Shown here piece after piece: positions 33,160 through 45,385 of a stretch of DNA of 64,000 nt (positions are counted from its first letter, which is position 1; each line of letters opens with the position of its first letter). Source of the DNA: the human T2T-CHM13v2.0 reference genome, Homo sapiens. The DNA lies in assembly GCF_009914755.1 (NCBI RefSeq), contig NC_060939.1, one strand, 5' to 3'. The notes beneath the pieces are model-generated. The model saw nothing but the letters and a program-made list of their open reading frames with translations. It was not told where the DNA came from and ran no database searches. The position numbers were made by a program, and so were the translations under genes.

Positions 33160-33620
33160 ATTTAGGAGTTTTAGTAGACTCAGCAATGCATTGTGACCAC
33201 CAAAGGATGTCATGCCATATTAAGCAACATTAATGGAAACATTGTATCTAAGACAAGGGAGGTGATAGTCCTGTTCCACTCCATGCAATATTCTGTATTC
33301 AGTTTTGGATGCCCTCCTCCTGGGATATAAGCTAATTAAAATGAGTTCACCAGGATAGGGAGGAGGCTCTAGGCCATAGCATGTAGAAATGATATAAGGA
33401 CCTGGGAATCTTTAACCCAGGGAAGAGAGCTGTCTCATGGAAGACTGATGTTTTGTAAGGCATCAAAGAGTAAACCTATACATGGGGGTAGAACTTTGAT
33501 ATAAATATGGACTTCAGATGAATCAGAGGTGCCAAAGATGACAGAAGCTGCTTCAGGTGGTGAGCTTTCCACCCCTGGAAATGATCAAATAAAAGCTGGA
33601 CAGCCACTAGGTAGGAGTGT
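33160..33620 (+). mobile_element. L3/CR1 LINE relic
   Basis: aagggaggtgatagtcctg, tattcagttttggatgcc, cccctggaaatgatcaaataaaagctggacagccact. Confidence 0.65.
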
Positions 33621-33779
33621 GGTCATGGGAATTCTGCTGAATTATCGCACTAGTTTTCTCCTCATACTTAAGTTTTCAGATACCTTCTGAGAAGCACGCC
33701 AACAAAAAAATGGGGGAGTAACATAAGGAAAACAAGCAGAGCAGTTACCACACATTAATCTGTTGGTTTTGGATTGCAG

Positions 33780-34340
33780 GAAGATGTGGCTGAGGCCGAG
33801 AGCACAGGTGAAATGCCAGGCGAAGAGGGCGAAACTGCTGGTGAAGGTGAAACTGAAGAGAAAAGTGGAGGTGAAACTCAACCAGAAGGTGAAGGTGAAA
33901 CTGAAACACAAGGAAAAGGAGAAGAATGTGAAGATGAAAATGAAGCAGAAGGAAAAGGAGACAATGAAGGTGAAGATGAGGGTGAAATCCACGCAGAAGA
34001 TGGTGAAATGAAAGGTAATGAAGGTGAAACTGAAAGCCAGGAACTCAGTGCTGAAAATCACGGTGAAGCCAAAAATGATGAGAAAGGTGTAGAAGATGGA
34101 GGGGGAAGTGATGGAGGGGATAGCGAAGAGGAGGAAGAGGAGGAGGAAGAGCAGGAGGAAGAGGAGGAGGAGGAAGAGCAGGAGGAAGAGGAGGAGGAGG
34201 AGGAGGAAGAGGAGGAGAAGGGAAATGAAGAGCCTCTGTCCCTGGACTGGCCTGAAACCAGGCAGAAGCAGGCCATTTACCTCTTCCTTCTGCCCATCGT
34301 GTTCCCACTGTGGCTGACAGTCCCCGACGTCCGAAGGCAG
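33780..34340 (+). CDS. SLC24A1: SLC24A1 exon 7 (561 nt; acidic G/E/T repeats, poly-Glu, PLSLDWP...TVPDVRRQ)
   Basis: ggattgcag|GAA...CAG|gtgagt; phase 0-0. Confidence 0.98.
34125..34217 (+). repeat. SLC24A1: Coding (GAG/GAA)n repeat: E9-Q-E8-Q-E12
   Basis: 31 codons counted directly. Confidence 0.97.
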
Positions 34341-35067
34341 GTGAGTGTGCCCATCTGTATCTCAGACTCTTTATCCCCAGCAGGGCTGTGGGGTCTCTCG
34401 GCATGCGGGGCTCACACTCAAGAGGAGGAAGAGGCCAGGGACAACCAGCTTATCAGGGCTCCACCATTGAGATCTGGGAAGGGACTGAAGCCTTGGAGGG
34501 GGACTATGTGCTTAGGGGACATACCACTGGGACTGGGAGGCCCTAGATCTCATGCGCTTTATTCCCACTGCTATAAGCAGCATACACTAGTCCCTCTTTG
34601 ACTCCTATCTCAGTTTCTTGATTTTAATTTGAGAATGATACCACTAAACCTCCTGCATATTTCACAGGAGTATTCCCAAAACCCAGGGAAATCACTAGTA
34701 TTTATACCCAACATTCTTATTTGCAAGGAAAGGTCTGACCAGAAAGGAATGGTACAAGGAGGTTGCAAAAGCCAAACCAGATACCTAGATTGGCCTGGTT
34801 CTAGGGCAAGCAAACAGCTTTCTTCCATCTGGTGACTGCTGTCCACCCTACTGGCTGGACTCCCCTACAGGTGTACCCCCAACCTCCATCCTTTTCCATC
34901 CATCTCAAGGTCCTCCCTGGAGAGAGAGCTCTCAGGTCAAATGTCTCCATTTTGCCTCCATCACTCTTCCATTAGACCTTGTCACTGATTGTTGGGCTTG
35001 CTCAGAAGGGCCAAAGACCTTTTAACCTCTACAGCTTACTTCTTGTCCTTTTCAAACTTTCAAACAG

Positions 35068-35157
35068 GAGTCTAGGAAGTTTTTTGTTTTCACCTTCCTG
35101 GGATCTATCATGTGGATAGCCATGTTCTCATACCTCATGGTGTGGTGGGCTCACCAG
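35068..35157 (+). CDS. SLC24A1: SLC24A1 exon 8 (90 nt, ESRKFFVFTFLGSIMWIAMFSYLMVWWAHQ)
   Basis: ttcaaacag|GAG...CAG|gtgagt; conserved NCKX TM segment; phase 0-0; absent from the ORF track. Confidence 0.98.
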
Positions 35158-36039
35158 GTGAGTGAACAGCAGGAACGAAATCCTCTACCAGCAGGTCCCA
35201 ACGACACTTTCCTTCAGGATCAATCTCCGGTACTCAGGGAATCTCGAGGATCAAGTGAATTCGTGCAGTTTCTATGTTGTTTGTAAAGGCTTAAAAGTAG
35301 ACTTTTTATTCCAGTGAACGCAGTGCTTCTCAAGTGTGGCTTTTCTGTCATATCCTGTAGCATGGCATAGAAGGCCTTGGAATCCTGCCTGATTCCAGCT
35401 GAACTTGGCTTATTAGCCTTATTTCCTGCTTTCTCTGCCATGTACCCATCCCTCTCACCTGGTGAAATCCTACGCATTCTGAGAGCCAGCTTTTTTCGCC
35501 TGCTCTCTGGCATTCAATTAGTCTTCCTCTGAGTACCTATAGTGTTTCTGTTCTGCCTGGAATACTGAACTGTAATAATTGTTTACTAGCTTTCCTCTCT
35601 AAAAGGCCGAGATTAGGGTCTATGTCATCCTGCTCATACTTCACCTCCAGCCTCTTAGTTCCTGGCACACAGCAAGTGTCCACATTCCTGGAAATAGAAA
35701 TGCTGACATGAACAGCTCTTTGGAAGGGCAGTTCTTGTGGGGAGGTAGGGGTGTTAAGAGTTGGAATGACAGTGAGCAGCAGATCTGGTGTAGGTAACTT
35801 TTAGTCCAATTGTGAAAAGAAGAGCAACATGGTCCCTGTGGCCAGGAGCAGGAGTCTTGCTTGCTCTTCCTCTCTGTGGCCATCTCGGCTGTCGGTCCCC
35901 CTATCACCCTTCCTCACTCAGGCTGAGGGGGTGTGGCTGAGCTCCTTAGAAGGCAGTCTGTTTGCACAAAGTAGGATGTGGATAGTGCTTGGATGTGCCT
36001 CAGGTTTTTCACCTACTGTTGACCGTTGCCGTTTACCAG

Positions 36040-36206
36040 GTTGGTGAAACAATAGGGATTTCTGAAGAGATCATGGGCCTGACAATCCTTGCAGCAGGCA
36101 CATCAATTCCTGACCTCATCACCAGTGTGATTGTCGCTCGAAAAGGCCTGGGAGACATGGCTGTGTCAAGCTCTGTGGGCAGTAACATATTTGATATCAC
36201 TGTGGG
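36040..36206 (+). CDS. SLC24A1: SLC24A1 exon 9 (167 nt, alpha-2 repeat)
   Basis: [17 protein letters not shown]...[18 protein letters not shown]; ttaccag|GTT...GG|gtgagt; phase 0-2. Confidence 0.99.
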
Positions 36207-37227
36207 GTGAGTGGCAATGTAACTTTCTAAGGGGTGTTAAGTATGACTGGAAAACACTGCATTGGCTCTGTTCACTGGTTTTCTGCTTTATTCATTATAC
36301 ATAGAATAAAAGGGCATTTATATTGTTAGTTTCTGCAAAGCAACAAAATATCTTCCCTTCATTCATCATAGCCAGATGGGATAATAGACCTAAAATGCTG
36401 CCTGAAATGTAACTGACTGGAATTTACAGATAAATTGAAAACCAAAGTCCATTTCATTCCATTACCAAATACCGTCAAATGCTCTGCTCACTGACTTTCA
36501 AGGCGGTGGAGGTAGGATTGGAAGGAGCAATGACTCAACTTCACTTCTTGGTACTACTCTTGCTCCTTTGTATGTGAACTCCTGCTAGCTCAGAGACTCT
36601 AAACAGCATTTTGTATAACACGCAAATGCCTTATCCTCCTGTACCCATCCTCTTACTCCATTCTCCCAACCTTGTCAGAAACAGGGGCTATTTTCATTTC
36701 CCCAATCATGTTCTGAATTTGGGTGGTAGATTTGTTTCCTTAAATTTGAATTTGTGTATGTGTATTTGGGGTGAGGGGCAGCTAAAAAGGCAGCCCTCAT
36801 CACTAAAGAATTAAAAGAAATGTAGGCCTTATCAAAATGTAGAGATTTAAGAGTACATATCACATTGGGGCTGGGTGTGGTGAAGTGTGCCTGTAATTCC
36901 AGCATTTAAAAAAAAAAAAAAAGGCACACATCAACTGATCTGAGTCATATAGAAGTCATGAAGTATGCAGAAAATAAAAACAAAGCTCAGACTCAGAATA
37001 CTTCAGTTTTAACCTAAGCTCTTCTAGTTATTAATGAGTCCTTGGGCAAGTAATTTAATTTCCCTGAAACTTAATTTCCTTGTCTGTGAAATGGGGCTAA
37101 TAATTTCTGTTCACTTCATAGATATTTTATTGGTGGAAAAATACTTTGTAAAGTATAAACTACTATTTAAGTGTATGGGATTATTATAAACATTAAGGAT
37201 ATTCACATCGTTTCTTCAATCTTGCAG

Positions 37228-37477
37228 CTTGCCTGTTCCTTGGTTGCTTTTCTCTCTTATCAATGGATTACAGCCAGTTCCAGTCAGCAGCAATGGCTTG
37301 TTTTGTGCAATTGTTTTGCTTTTTCTCATGCTTCTGTTTGTGATCTCTTCAATTGCGTCATGTAAATGGAGAATGAACAAGATCCTGGGCTTCACAATGT
37401 TCCTCCTTTACTTTGTATTCCTGATAATCAGTGTGATGTTAGAAGATCGAATCATATCCTGTCCTGTATCTGTCTGA
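37228..37477 (+). CDS. SLC24A1: SLC24A1 exon 10 coding part (last TMs, ...RIISCPVSV*)
   Basis: cttgcag|C TTG CCT...; TGA ends 37477; spliced CDS = 3300 nt. Confidence 0.99.
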
Positions 37478-39660
37478 ATCAGTCACTCTTGCTCACAATG
37501 GGCATGGATCAGAAGACCATGCAGAAGTTACTGTATCTCTTGTGACCCTAATGAAAGAATGTATATGATCCTGGAAAGTGAACTGGGTGACCTAGGACCT
37601 CTGATATGAATGTGATCTGAGACTAAAGTTTGTCCTTGGAAACACCTGCAGCTCATTGTGGATTAAGAACCTCACCCCTGGAGGGGTGGAGTTTCTACCC
37701 CTGACTCATGCAGACATCTATTACATGGAGGCAGTAGAAGGACCCCTGGAGCCAGAGGGTTTTCTAAATGAGATAACTGGGGGCAAAGGTTGGGATAGGC
37801 GCAGCAGCTATAAGACAAGCTCCTACGCTCACTGTTCCCTGATCATTCCAAAGGCTGCTGGCCCAAAAGATGCAGATGTGGTCTACATCTCAGCCTTCCT
37901 GACCTCTGCCCCAAACACACGCTGCAATTTTGTCTCCTCCTTTTCTGTTCAAATTGTGAGGTTCTATCAGGTTTGTAATCACTGTAGCTTCAGTTATTGG
38001 TGAGTCTAAGGATCCAAGGCTACAGAAAAAAAAGAAATATAACAGGAATTAATGATCATTCCACGTTTTGTAGCCCACTGCATCTGGATATATACCAGTA
38101 TTTTCTTTTTTTTTTTTTTTGAGACAGAGTTTGGCTCTTGTTGCCCAGGCTGGTGTGCAATGGCGTGATCTCGGCACACCACAACCTTCACCTCCCCGGT
38201 TCAAGCAATTCTCCTGCCTCAGCCTGAAGTCGTGATCTGCCCGCCTCGGCCTCCCAAAGTGCTGGGATTACAGGCGTCAGCCACCGCGCCTGGCCTATAC
38301 CAGTATTTTCTAGTTTAAAGGAGGACTACATTAACTCTTATTGTTGTGTTTCTGAAAAGTGAAATTTAAAAAGCAGCCTGAAAAATAAAAATTTATAATT
38401 TGCCCTTGAATTGGAAGGAATGGAGATTAGGGAAGGAAAACTACTCTAGAGGCCATTTAAAAGTATGTATTTATTAGAACATGCAAATTCATGTTGTCTC
38501 CATCAGTGGTCACCTTGAGGGATTAGACATTCTAATGGAATGTCCTGGCTCCACCCTCCAGCATGTTCTCACCCAACAATGACAGTTGAGTGGAGTGGGA
38601 AGGGAAGTCATTCTAAAGAGTCCAAAGTCAGTAGCGCCACATCTGGTTTATAAAGTAAGAGATCCAGTGGGACAATGCTATTTTTGTATGCCAACCTAGA
38701 TAGGATTATAAAGCAAGACTGATTTCTTCTGTGGTTTATGAATGGATCTTAAGGTAATTACAAAAGGGAAATTCCAAGAATGCATAACACAATGACAACA
38801 TGGTGAGAAAAGTGCAGTACTACTTCCAAGGTAGCTAGTGTAAAGGACACTTGAGTTTTTAAAACTGTGGTTAAATGTTTTATGTGGAATTTGATGAGTT
38901 TGTATATTAAATACCACTGCTTGCTGCTTTTACTAGAATCAAGTTAAGGGACACGTTAGAAATAGAACAGCTTAATATCACTGGCTTCAGAGCAAAATGA
39001 GCTCGGGTGACTGCAGATTATGATGGTAAATATGGCTTTAATTACAAACATGAGGAATGATTCACTGAAGATGAAAAGATAGGACGGATGTGATATGAAA
39101 AAAACCCAAACATTTTGGCATTGAATGATGGCTAAGGTGTTCCAAGTATTCCATCTTTTAAGATGAATTGCTTAATTAATTGCCTCGCTACCCCAGGATT
39201 CTCATTCTTTGGAAATAATTTTTATTAAATTTCAATAAACTGTGAATCCCAATGGTATTTTACTTTACAACATGGATGGGCTCATCCTTATCTTTAGGTC
39301 ATTTGGTCAGAATCCTCCCGAGAAGACTGATGAAGAGTATGGAATCATGTTCCAATTCTATATTCTTAATTATCCTTATTCCTGATGCTACTGCATTGCT
39401 GGGTTTCCATAGCCAAGGCCTAAGAACAGGAGGAGAAGGCAATGCTTGTGGGAGGGAGGTCCCAATACCAAAATTCTGGGCACTAACCTGGTGTCTGCAG
39501 CCCGTTCCCGTTAGCCTCGGGGATGTCACCTCACCCACAGCCTGGGATCTGACGTTCTTCCTCAGACTGGAGTAAGGAGTGATGGACCGTAAAATGCTGT
39601 GTAATGATAAAAGGCTGAAATATCCACTGAATGATTAAAACCAACTCTAATAATCTGACA
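37478..39660 (+). other. SLC24A1: SLC24A1 3'UTR (end approximate), containing an internally deleted antisense Alu (38106-38295)
   Basis: Candidate PAS ATTAAA 39224, AATAAA 39234-39239, ATTAAA 39634-39639; Alu TSD tataccagtattttc. Confidence 0.6.
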
Positions 39661-40259
39661 TCCTTTTCCCAGTTTGCTGAATTTCTGGCATACCCCTTTG
39701 CCTAGAAAGGAAGTTCTGATCACTTTACAGTGTTACAGAAAAGGACAAGTACAAAAAATGAAAGCTGAGTCTTGATGAATGAGTAGGAATTCACTGGGGG
39801 AGAGAGTGAGATTACTTTGGTGAGATGGAAAACTTGTGTAACTTTTAAAAGACTAATTGGTTATACCTGGAAATTAAATTTTTTGGTCACACATTTACAA
39901 ACGTACTATAATATTAAAATCATGCTGTTTTAGAGGTAAAGTACCATTTAAAAATGTCGAGATAATATTGAGATGGTCCTCTCACTTTATAGGCAGAATA
40001 TTCTGTATATAGTTACTTGTGACAAATTCTAGGTCATTCATTCAGCCTGGAAAGTCTGAACTGTCCCAAATGGGTATTTGAATTGGAAGTCAGTGGCTAC
40101 ATGGATGACTTCTACCCCCTTAGGCTGCACTTCCTTGAAGGCCCTGATAATAGGTTTGAGCCAGATTTCTGAATTCTTCCTCATTTAATGGGTTAAGAGT
40201 CTATATAGTACCAGAAAAAAGAGATGTATTCCAAATTTTTCAAACTATGTGTTTAAATG

Positions 40260-41055
40260 TTTTTTTGTTTTGTTTTGTTTTAAAAAGAGACGGGGCCTTG
40301 CCCTGTCACCCAGGCTAGAGTGCAGTGACATGAACATGGCTCACTGTAGCCTCACCTTGTGGGCTCAAGCGATCCTCCCGCCTCAGCCCCCCAAGTAGCT
40401 GGGACTACAGAAGTGCACCACCACACCCAGCTGATTTTTGTATTTTTTTGTAGAGATAGGGTTTTGCCATGTTGCCCAGGCTGATCTCGAACTCCTGAGC
40501 TCAGGCAATCTGCCCGCCTCGGCCTCCCAAAGTGCTGAGATTACAGGCATGAGCCACTGTACCCAGCCAAAATGGTTACTATATATTTTGAACATTATAT
40601 TGCACTGTCATCAATAGATTCGAAAATAGTTTTACCAAATTACAGGCTTAGTCTTTTATAGCTGTCTATATCAATATTATTTAAAGATTGAGTACCAAAG
40701 GGGGCAGGAATTGGAATGTATTATCTAGAGCACAGAATAGTAAATAATCAGGAAAAGGGCCGGGCGCGGTGGCTCATGCCTATAATCCCAGCACTTTGGG
40801 AGGCCAAGGTGGGCGGATCACGAGGTCAGTAGATCGAGACCATCCTGGCTAACACGGTGAAACCCCGTCTCTACTAAAAAAATACCAAAAATTAGCCGGG
40901 CGAGGTGGCAGGCGCCTATAGTCCCAGCTACTCGGGAGGCTGAGGCAGGAGAATGGCGTGAACCCCGGGGGGCGGAGCCTGCAGTGAGCCGAGATCGTGC
41001 CACTGCACTCCAGCCTGGGCAACAGCGAGACTCCGTCTCAAAAAAAAAGAAAAAA
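40260..41055. mobile_element. Inverted Alu pair: AluJ-like (-) 40260-40568 and AluY (+) 40758-41055
   Basis: AluY diagnostics and TSD taaataatcaggaa. Confidence 0.92.
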
Positions 41056-41917
41056 TAAATAATCAGGAAGAATTGGTTGGCCTTATGTGCCAATGAATAC
41101 TCTTGGTTCTGACCCTTTTTTGGTGGGAGGGTCCTCCAGCAGGTGCAGCTTGCAATGTGTACGGGGACTGGATGCTATGAAAGATGTAATGAGAGGGCTC
41201 ATGAGCAGAGCTGCCTATCCCTGGGGGTTCACTAACGCCTACAGGACATCCTGGCCCAAGTCTGCCTGCACAACTAAAGGCACACTTCTGGTCTTTAGGT
41301 CCTTCGCTGTATGAGCAAGCAAAACCTGGAGAATTTCACTTGCAGAAAATCCACCAGTTGCTGCAATAGTTTTATCATAGTACTACATTTGAAAAAAAAA
41401 TATTTAAATAGTAAAGGAGGGAGCCATCCAAATGAACAGGAACTGTGGAAAGGCAGCAATAACTTTATCAGAAGAATCTATTACCATCTCAGAGTACAAG
41501 CACATGCGCAGACTTTTGTAATCAAAGATGAAAATTCTTCAATTTGTGTACTGCTAATTTTGTTAAGAAATATAAGCCAGCCAATATGCTTACTTTGAGG
41601 CCAAAGGAGCAAGGTAGTATGAGGATGTTAAGACACCAAGTACTAAGGATATTAAGGTAAACTGGTATGCAGCTGCTAGAGGGTTCAGTTTTGAAATAAA
41701 GCTTAGTCTTATATCCAGACAGGAAGAGGCAGCACATGCTAACTTTAGCACGAAGGACAAGGGTCTTCTCAAAGAGACAGCCTGCTCTTTCTCTTCTTGC
41801 TCTGAGATAAAGTGCCAAATAGCAGCTTTCAAGTTCTAGTGAGAGAAATAAAAATAAAGCTGGGCTACTGCACATCACCAAACAAATAGGTATTTTCATA
41901 TCGCATATTACAAAGTA

Positions 41918-42128
41918 GAGGTTGAGTATCCCTTATCAGAAATGTTTCGGACCAGAAGTGTTTTGGATTTCAGATGTTTTTGAAATTTGGAATATTTGAA
42001 AAATACAAACTGGTTGAACATCCCAAATATGAAATCCAAAATGCTCAAATGAGCATTTCCTTTGAGCATCATGTCGGTATTCAAAAAGTTTTGGATTTTG
42101 GAGCACTTGATTCCAGGAGCTCAGCCTG
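41918..42128. mobile_element. Tigger4a/MER46A MITE
   Basis: TA-gaggttgagtatcccttatcagaaatgtttcggaccagaagtgttttgg...ctcagcctg-TA. Confidence 0.88.
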
Positions 42129-42540
42129 TATTTAGAAATTAAGCATAACTTCTAAATAGAGCTAGCTAATACTTGCTGGTTGCACTTAAGTATCATAGTA
42201 ATTATCAGCATAAAGTAAAAATAAGTATTTACTGCCTAAAATGTTGAACCAATGTTTTCTGGGACCATTTCTCTAAATACACAAATGGGGAGACATACTA
42301 GAAAACCTTACAATTAAATATGCTGGTAGTGTTAGGGTTTTAGAGCAAAACAGAAATCCAACCCCCAAGAAAGTCAGGGAAAAGAAGACAAAAATCAGAA
42401 GATGAACAGCTGCATATTTCTCCACCTAACACTAGGAGGAAAAAGTAGAATATTTGAAATACGATATGGAATACAAATCTGTGCCATTTAGAACATAATG
42501 GTAGGACGTAGTAAACAAGCTACATCAGCACAGGACATGG

Positions 42541-42546
42541 TTTATT
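42541..42546 (-). terminator. DENND4A: DENND4A distal polyadenylation signal
   Basis: plus-strand tttatt = AATAAA on the minus strand. Confidence 0.65.
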
Positions 42547-42718
42547 GTCAACCATTTAAACATATAAACAAAACTAAGAGTAAGAAAATAAAAGACAGAT
42601 GCTGTAGCAAAAGGGCATTTCTCTCCAACATGATTGGCCATTATTCTCCAAAATGTATGGTTAACAGAAAATTGAAGAAAAGTTTGTATAGAGTTATTTT
42701 AAATGATTGATATTTTCT

Positions 42719-42750
<32 letters not shown>

Positions 42751-43676
42751 AGACAGGGTCTTGCTCTGTAATCCAGGCTAGAGTGCAATGGCATGATCAC
42801 AGCTCATTGCAGCCCCAAACCCCCAGGCTCAAAGTGATCCTCCTGCTTCAGCCTCCCGAGTAGCTGGGATTACCAAGCATGAGCCACCATACCGAGCAAA
42901 TTTAAAAAATTTTTTTGTAGAGACAGGGTCTCTCTATGTTGCTCAGGCTGGTTTTGAACTCCTGGACTCAAGCAATCCTCCCTGCTTCAGCCTCCCAAAG
43001 TGCTGGGATTACAGGCCTCCATGAGCAACCACGCCCAGCTCAAGAATGATTCACATTTTAATTTTCTTTTGAACAGGTTTACCACTTTGTATTTGTGTTT
43101 TAGGTTTTAAGACTAAATCTGTGCAATAATATTCCCTAGGGATTAAAAGTAGGGGAAATACAACCCTCTCCAAAAGCAGAAACAAAACTTGGGGTGGAAA
43201 GAGGAGGTAAAAATTACATTCGCTTTTCCAAATGAGTCTGAATCGTAAAACCATAAAGAATGGTTTTACTCATTCTTTGTCAGCCATTTGAAATCAATAA
43301 ACTATGATTCCTACATTTTGTTTGTATTACACAAAAAGTAAACAACAATGAAAGCTGTTTTTAAAAGAATAAAAACCACCAACCACAAATAGAAGAGAAC
43401 CCCAGACGGTTCTCTTGGAGGGATGTTTATCACCAGTGCCAAAAGCCTCCCCCCTCTGAAATGTTTCTCTCAGTTGACAACTTTCAAATGATTTAAAGAA
43501 CATGAAGAACAAGTAGAACATGAAGCTTGGATCTGAATAGTAAAGAATAATATTGGAGTGGTATTTACAAAGGAGAGGCAGATATATGTGCCTAGCACCA
43601 GATTTTTCAAGTAAGCAAGTTCAGCCCCAAACTAACTGAAGTTTTACATTTTTAAACTCTCTCCATTATTTCCCAG

Positions 43677-44400
43677 AGTTGGAAGCTGTGAAATGTTTCA
43701 GCATGGTGCTATTCACTAATGGTGTGAACTCAAAAGGTGGGTTTTCTGCAGCTGAACTGATTCTAAGTCTCAGGACTCCAAGATACCTCCAGTCCAAGTG
43801 TCGTGGACTCTACTGGCTTTATACACCTAATTTGGGACTATCCATTTTTTCCTTCTTTAAAGCTGGCTAGGGAATTCCTTCACTAATGATAATGTGTGCA
43901 AACACACACACATATTGAAAATCTATAACTAATTCTAGCAGCCAAAAGATGTTTTTCCTTACCAGAAATTACCCAAAGAAAGTTACATTAGAAATAATAT
44001 GACTAAAAATATATTTTTAAAGCTATTTAATACTCATGATGTCTAAACTTTCAATTTATTGTCTGATTTCTGGATATTTCTGTATTTTAGATTCTACAGA
44101 CTTCAGATTCTGAAGCTTGTTGAAAAAGCTAAGTTCCTCAATATGGATGAAAATCTATCTGGCTGTACTTTTAGAGGGGAATTTTTCTACTTTTGAAAAA
44201 AATTCTGAATATTTATATATAGTATTAACAGAATACCCCAGTAAGTCATATTTCAGATAAATATTCTATAGTATAATTTGCATCATACCCAATATTTTAG
44301 ATATTAAAATAAGGGTAAAATTTGGAATATAATCACTTGTCTGCATATTTCCCAATGTAAGTTTTCATGTAGAATATTAAAATTTAAATTGATATTTGGA
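43677..44400 (+). other. SLC24A1: Candidate SLC24A1 alternative terminal exon (antisense to DENND4A 3'UTR)
   Basis: Branch point actaac 43631-43636, ctctctccattatttcccag acceptor, in-frame from exon 9 to a stop at 43717-43719, ATTAAA 44376-44381. Confidence 0.55.
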
Positions 44401-45248
44401 TTTATAAGCTGTTTTCCCTGTATACTATACGTATCTATTAGCAATAGAGACAATTTTGGAGTCATGGTATAGTGAACCTCTCTGGCTCTCCTTGCACAAG
44501 GCTCCATGAGTCAGTCTGGGCAGTGCACGCTACCCTTGCATAACTCACTCCCCACACTCAGGCTTAGGGGTACTAACATGCAATCCTAGGACAACACTTG
44601 ACACTAGCACTGACATTTTAAAATTCATTCTCCCAAGTAATAAAAAATATATATATAGATAGATATACACAGAGAGATCTGCAGCTGTACTAATTACTTC
44701 AAATAGCAGCAGACAAGGAAAATACACGCTTGCTTGCTTAAGTTTAAATTCATTTTAAGTTTGCTATATTAAATTTAAAAATTAAAAAAATATCAACTTA
44801 CTATAAACAATTTAAAATATGTATAATACAACTTCATGGTCAAAACATTTGAATAGTCTATGAAAACAGGAAATACGTTCATCTGACATTTCTGTTTAGA
44901 TTCCATTCATGATTTTTCAATCTGTCTCTTCCAAAAGAAACCATAAAGCAGTTGTCATATTTTATGGCAACTAATTTTGTTTAGGGATTTCCTCATCACA
45001 AAAATACTTTATTTCCTATTACAGGGGAGTTAAAGAAGAAGAAAAAAGAAATGAGAAACAAAGTGGCTTTCTCCCCACTTGTCACTATTCTCTTCTTCAA
45101 ACATTCTGTACATAAGCTGTCTGAGTCTTTTGAACCATTTACAAATTGTATTTTCAAAAATTGAAGAAAAAATATTTAGAGTCTAAAAGTGTTATTTTAT
45201 ACACTGACTATACAATATACATTGAATGTTTACACATACAAATACATC

Positions 45249-45385
45249 TTAAAGATAAGGTTCTCCAAAGGTTTTTCGACATTCCATCACCCCTGTACTT
45301 GGTGGTCTATCACAGTTGTGTGTACTCTTGACTTGACTAGGTGTGAGACGATCGTATGCCATCTTGTACTCTTTATCAAAAGCAT
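45249..45385 (-). CDS. DENND4A: DENND4A last coding exon ([45 protein letters not shown])
   Basis: ttctgcag|AT GCT; TAA at 45251-45249; DENND4-family C-terminus. Confidence 0.97.

Larger units (their letters stand above)
42520..45248 (-). other. DENND4A: DENND4A 3'UTR (contains Alu 42720-43039 in sense to the mRNA)
   Basis: Follows the stop at 45249-45251; minus-strand AATAAA at 45008-45013, 44055-44060 and 42541-42546 (distal, with a short GU-rich tract beyond). Confidence 0.75.

Noticed and set aside
33642-34404. Poly-S, poly-P, poly-R/K and F/T-rich ORFs
   Set aside because: Other frames and strand of the exon-7 GAG/GAA repeats
34341-34601. 87-codon open extension of exon 7 into intron 7
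   Set aside because: Consensus donor at 34340 and no transporter-like sequence beyond it
41087-41314. 75-aa ORF with a cagcag| acceptor at 41142, in frame with exon 9
   Set aside because: Purine-interrupted pyrimidine tract with an upstream AG; much weaker than the 43676 acceptor, though not formally excluded
43679-43870. 63-aa plus-strand ORF
   Set aside because: Not the frame entered from exon 9 (phase 2) or exon 8 (phase 0); the listed start is a TTG
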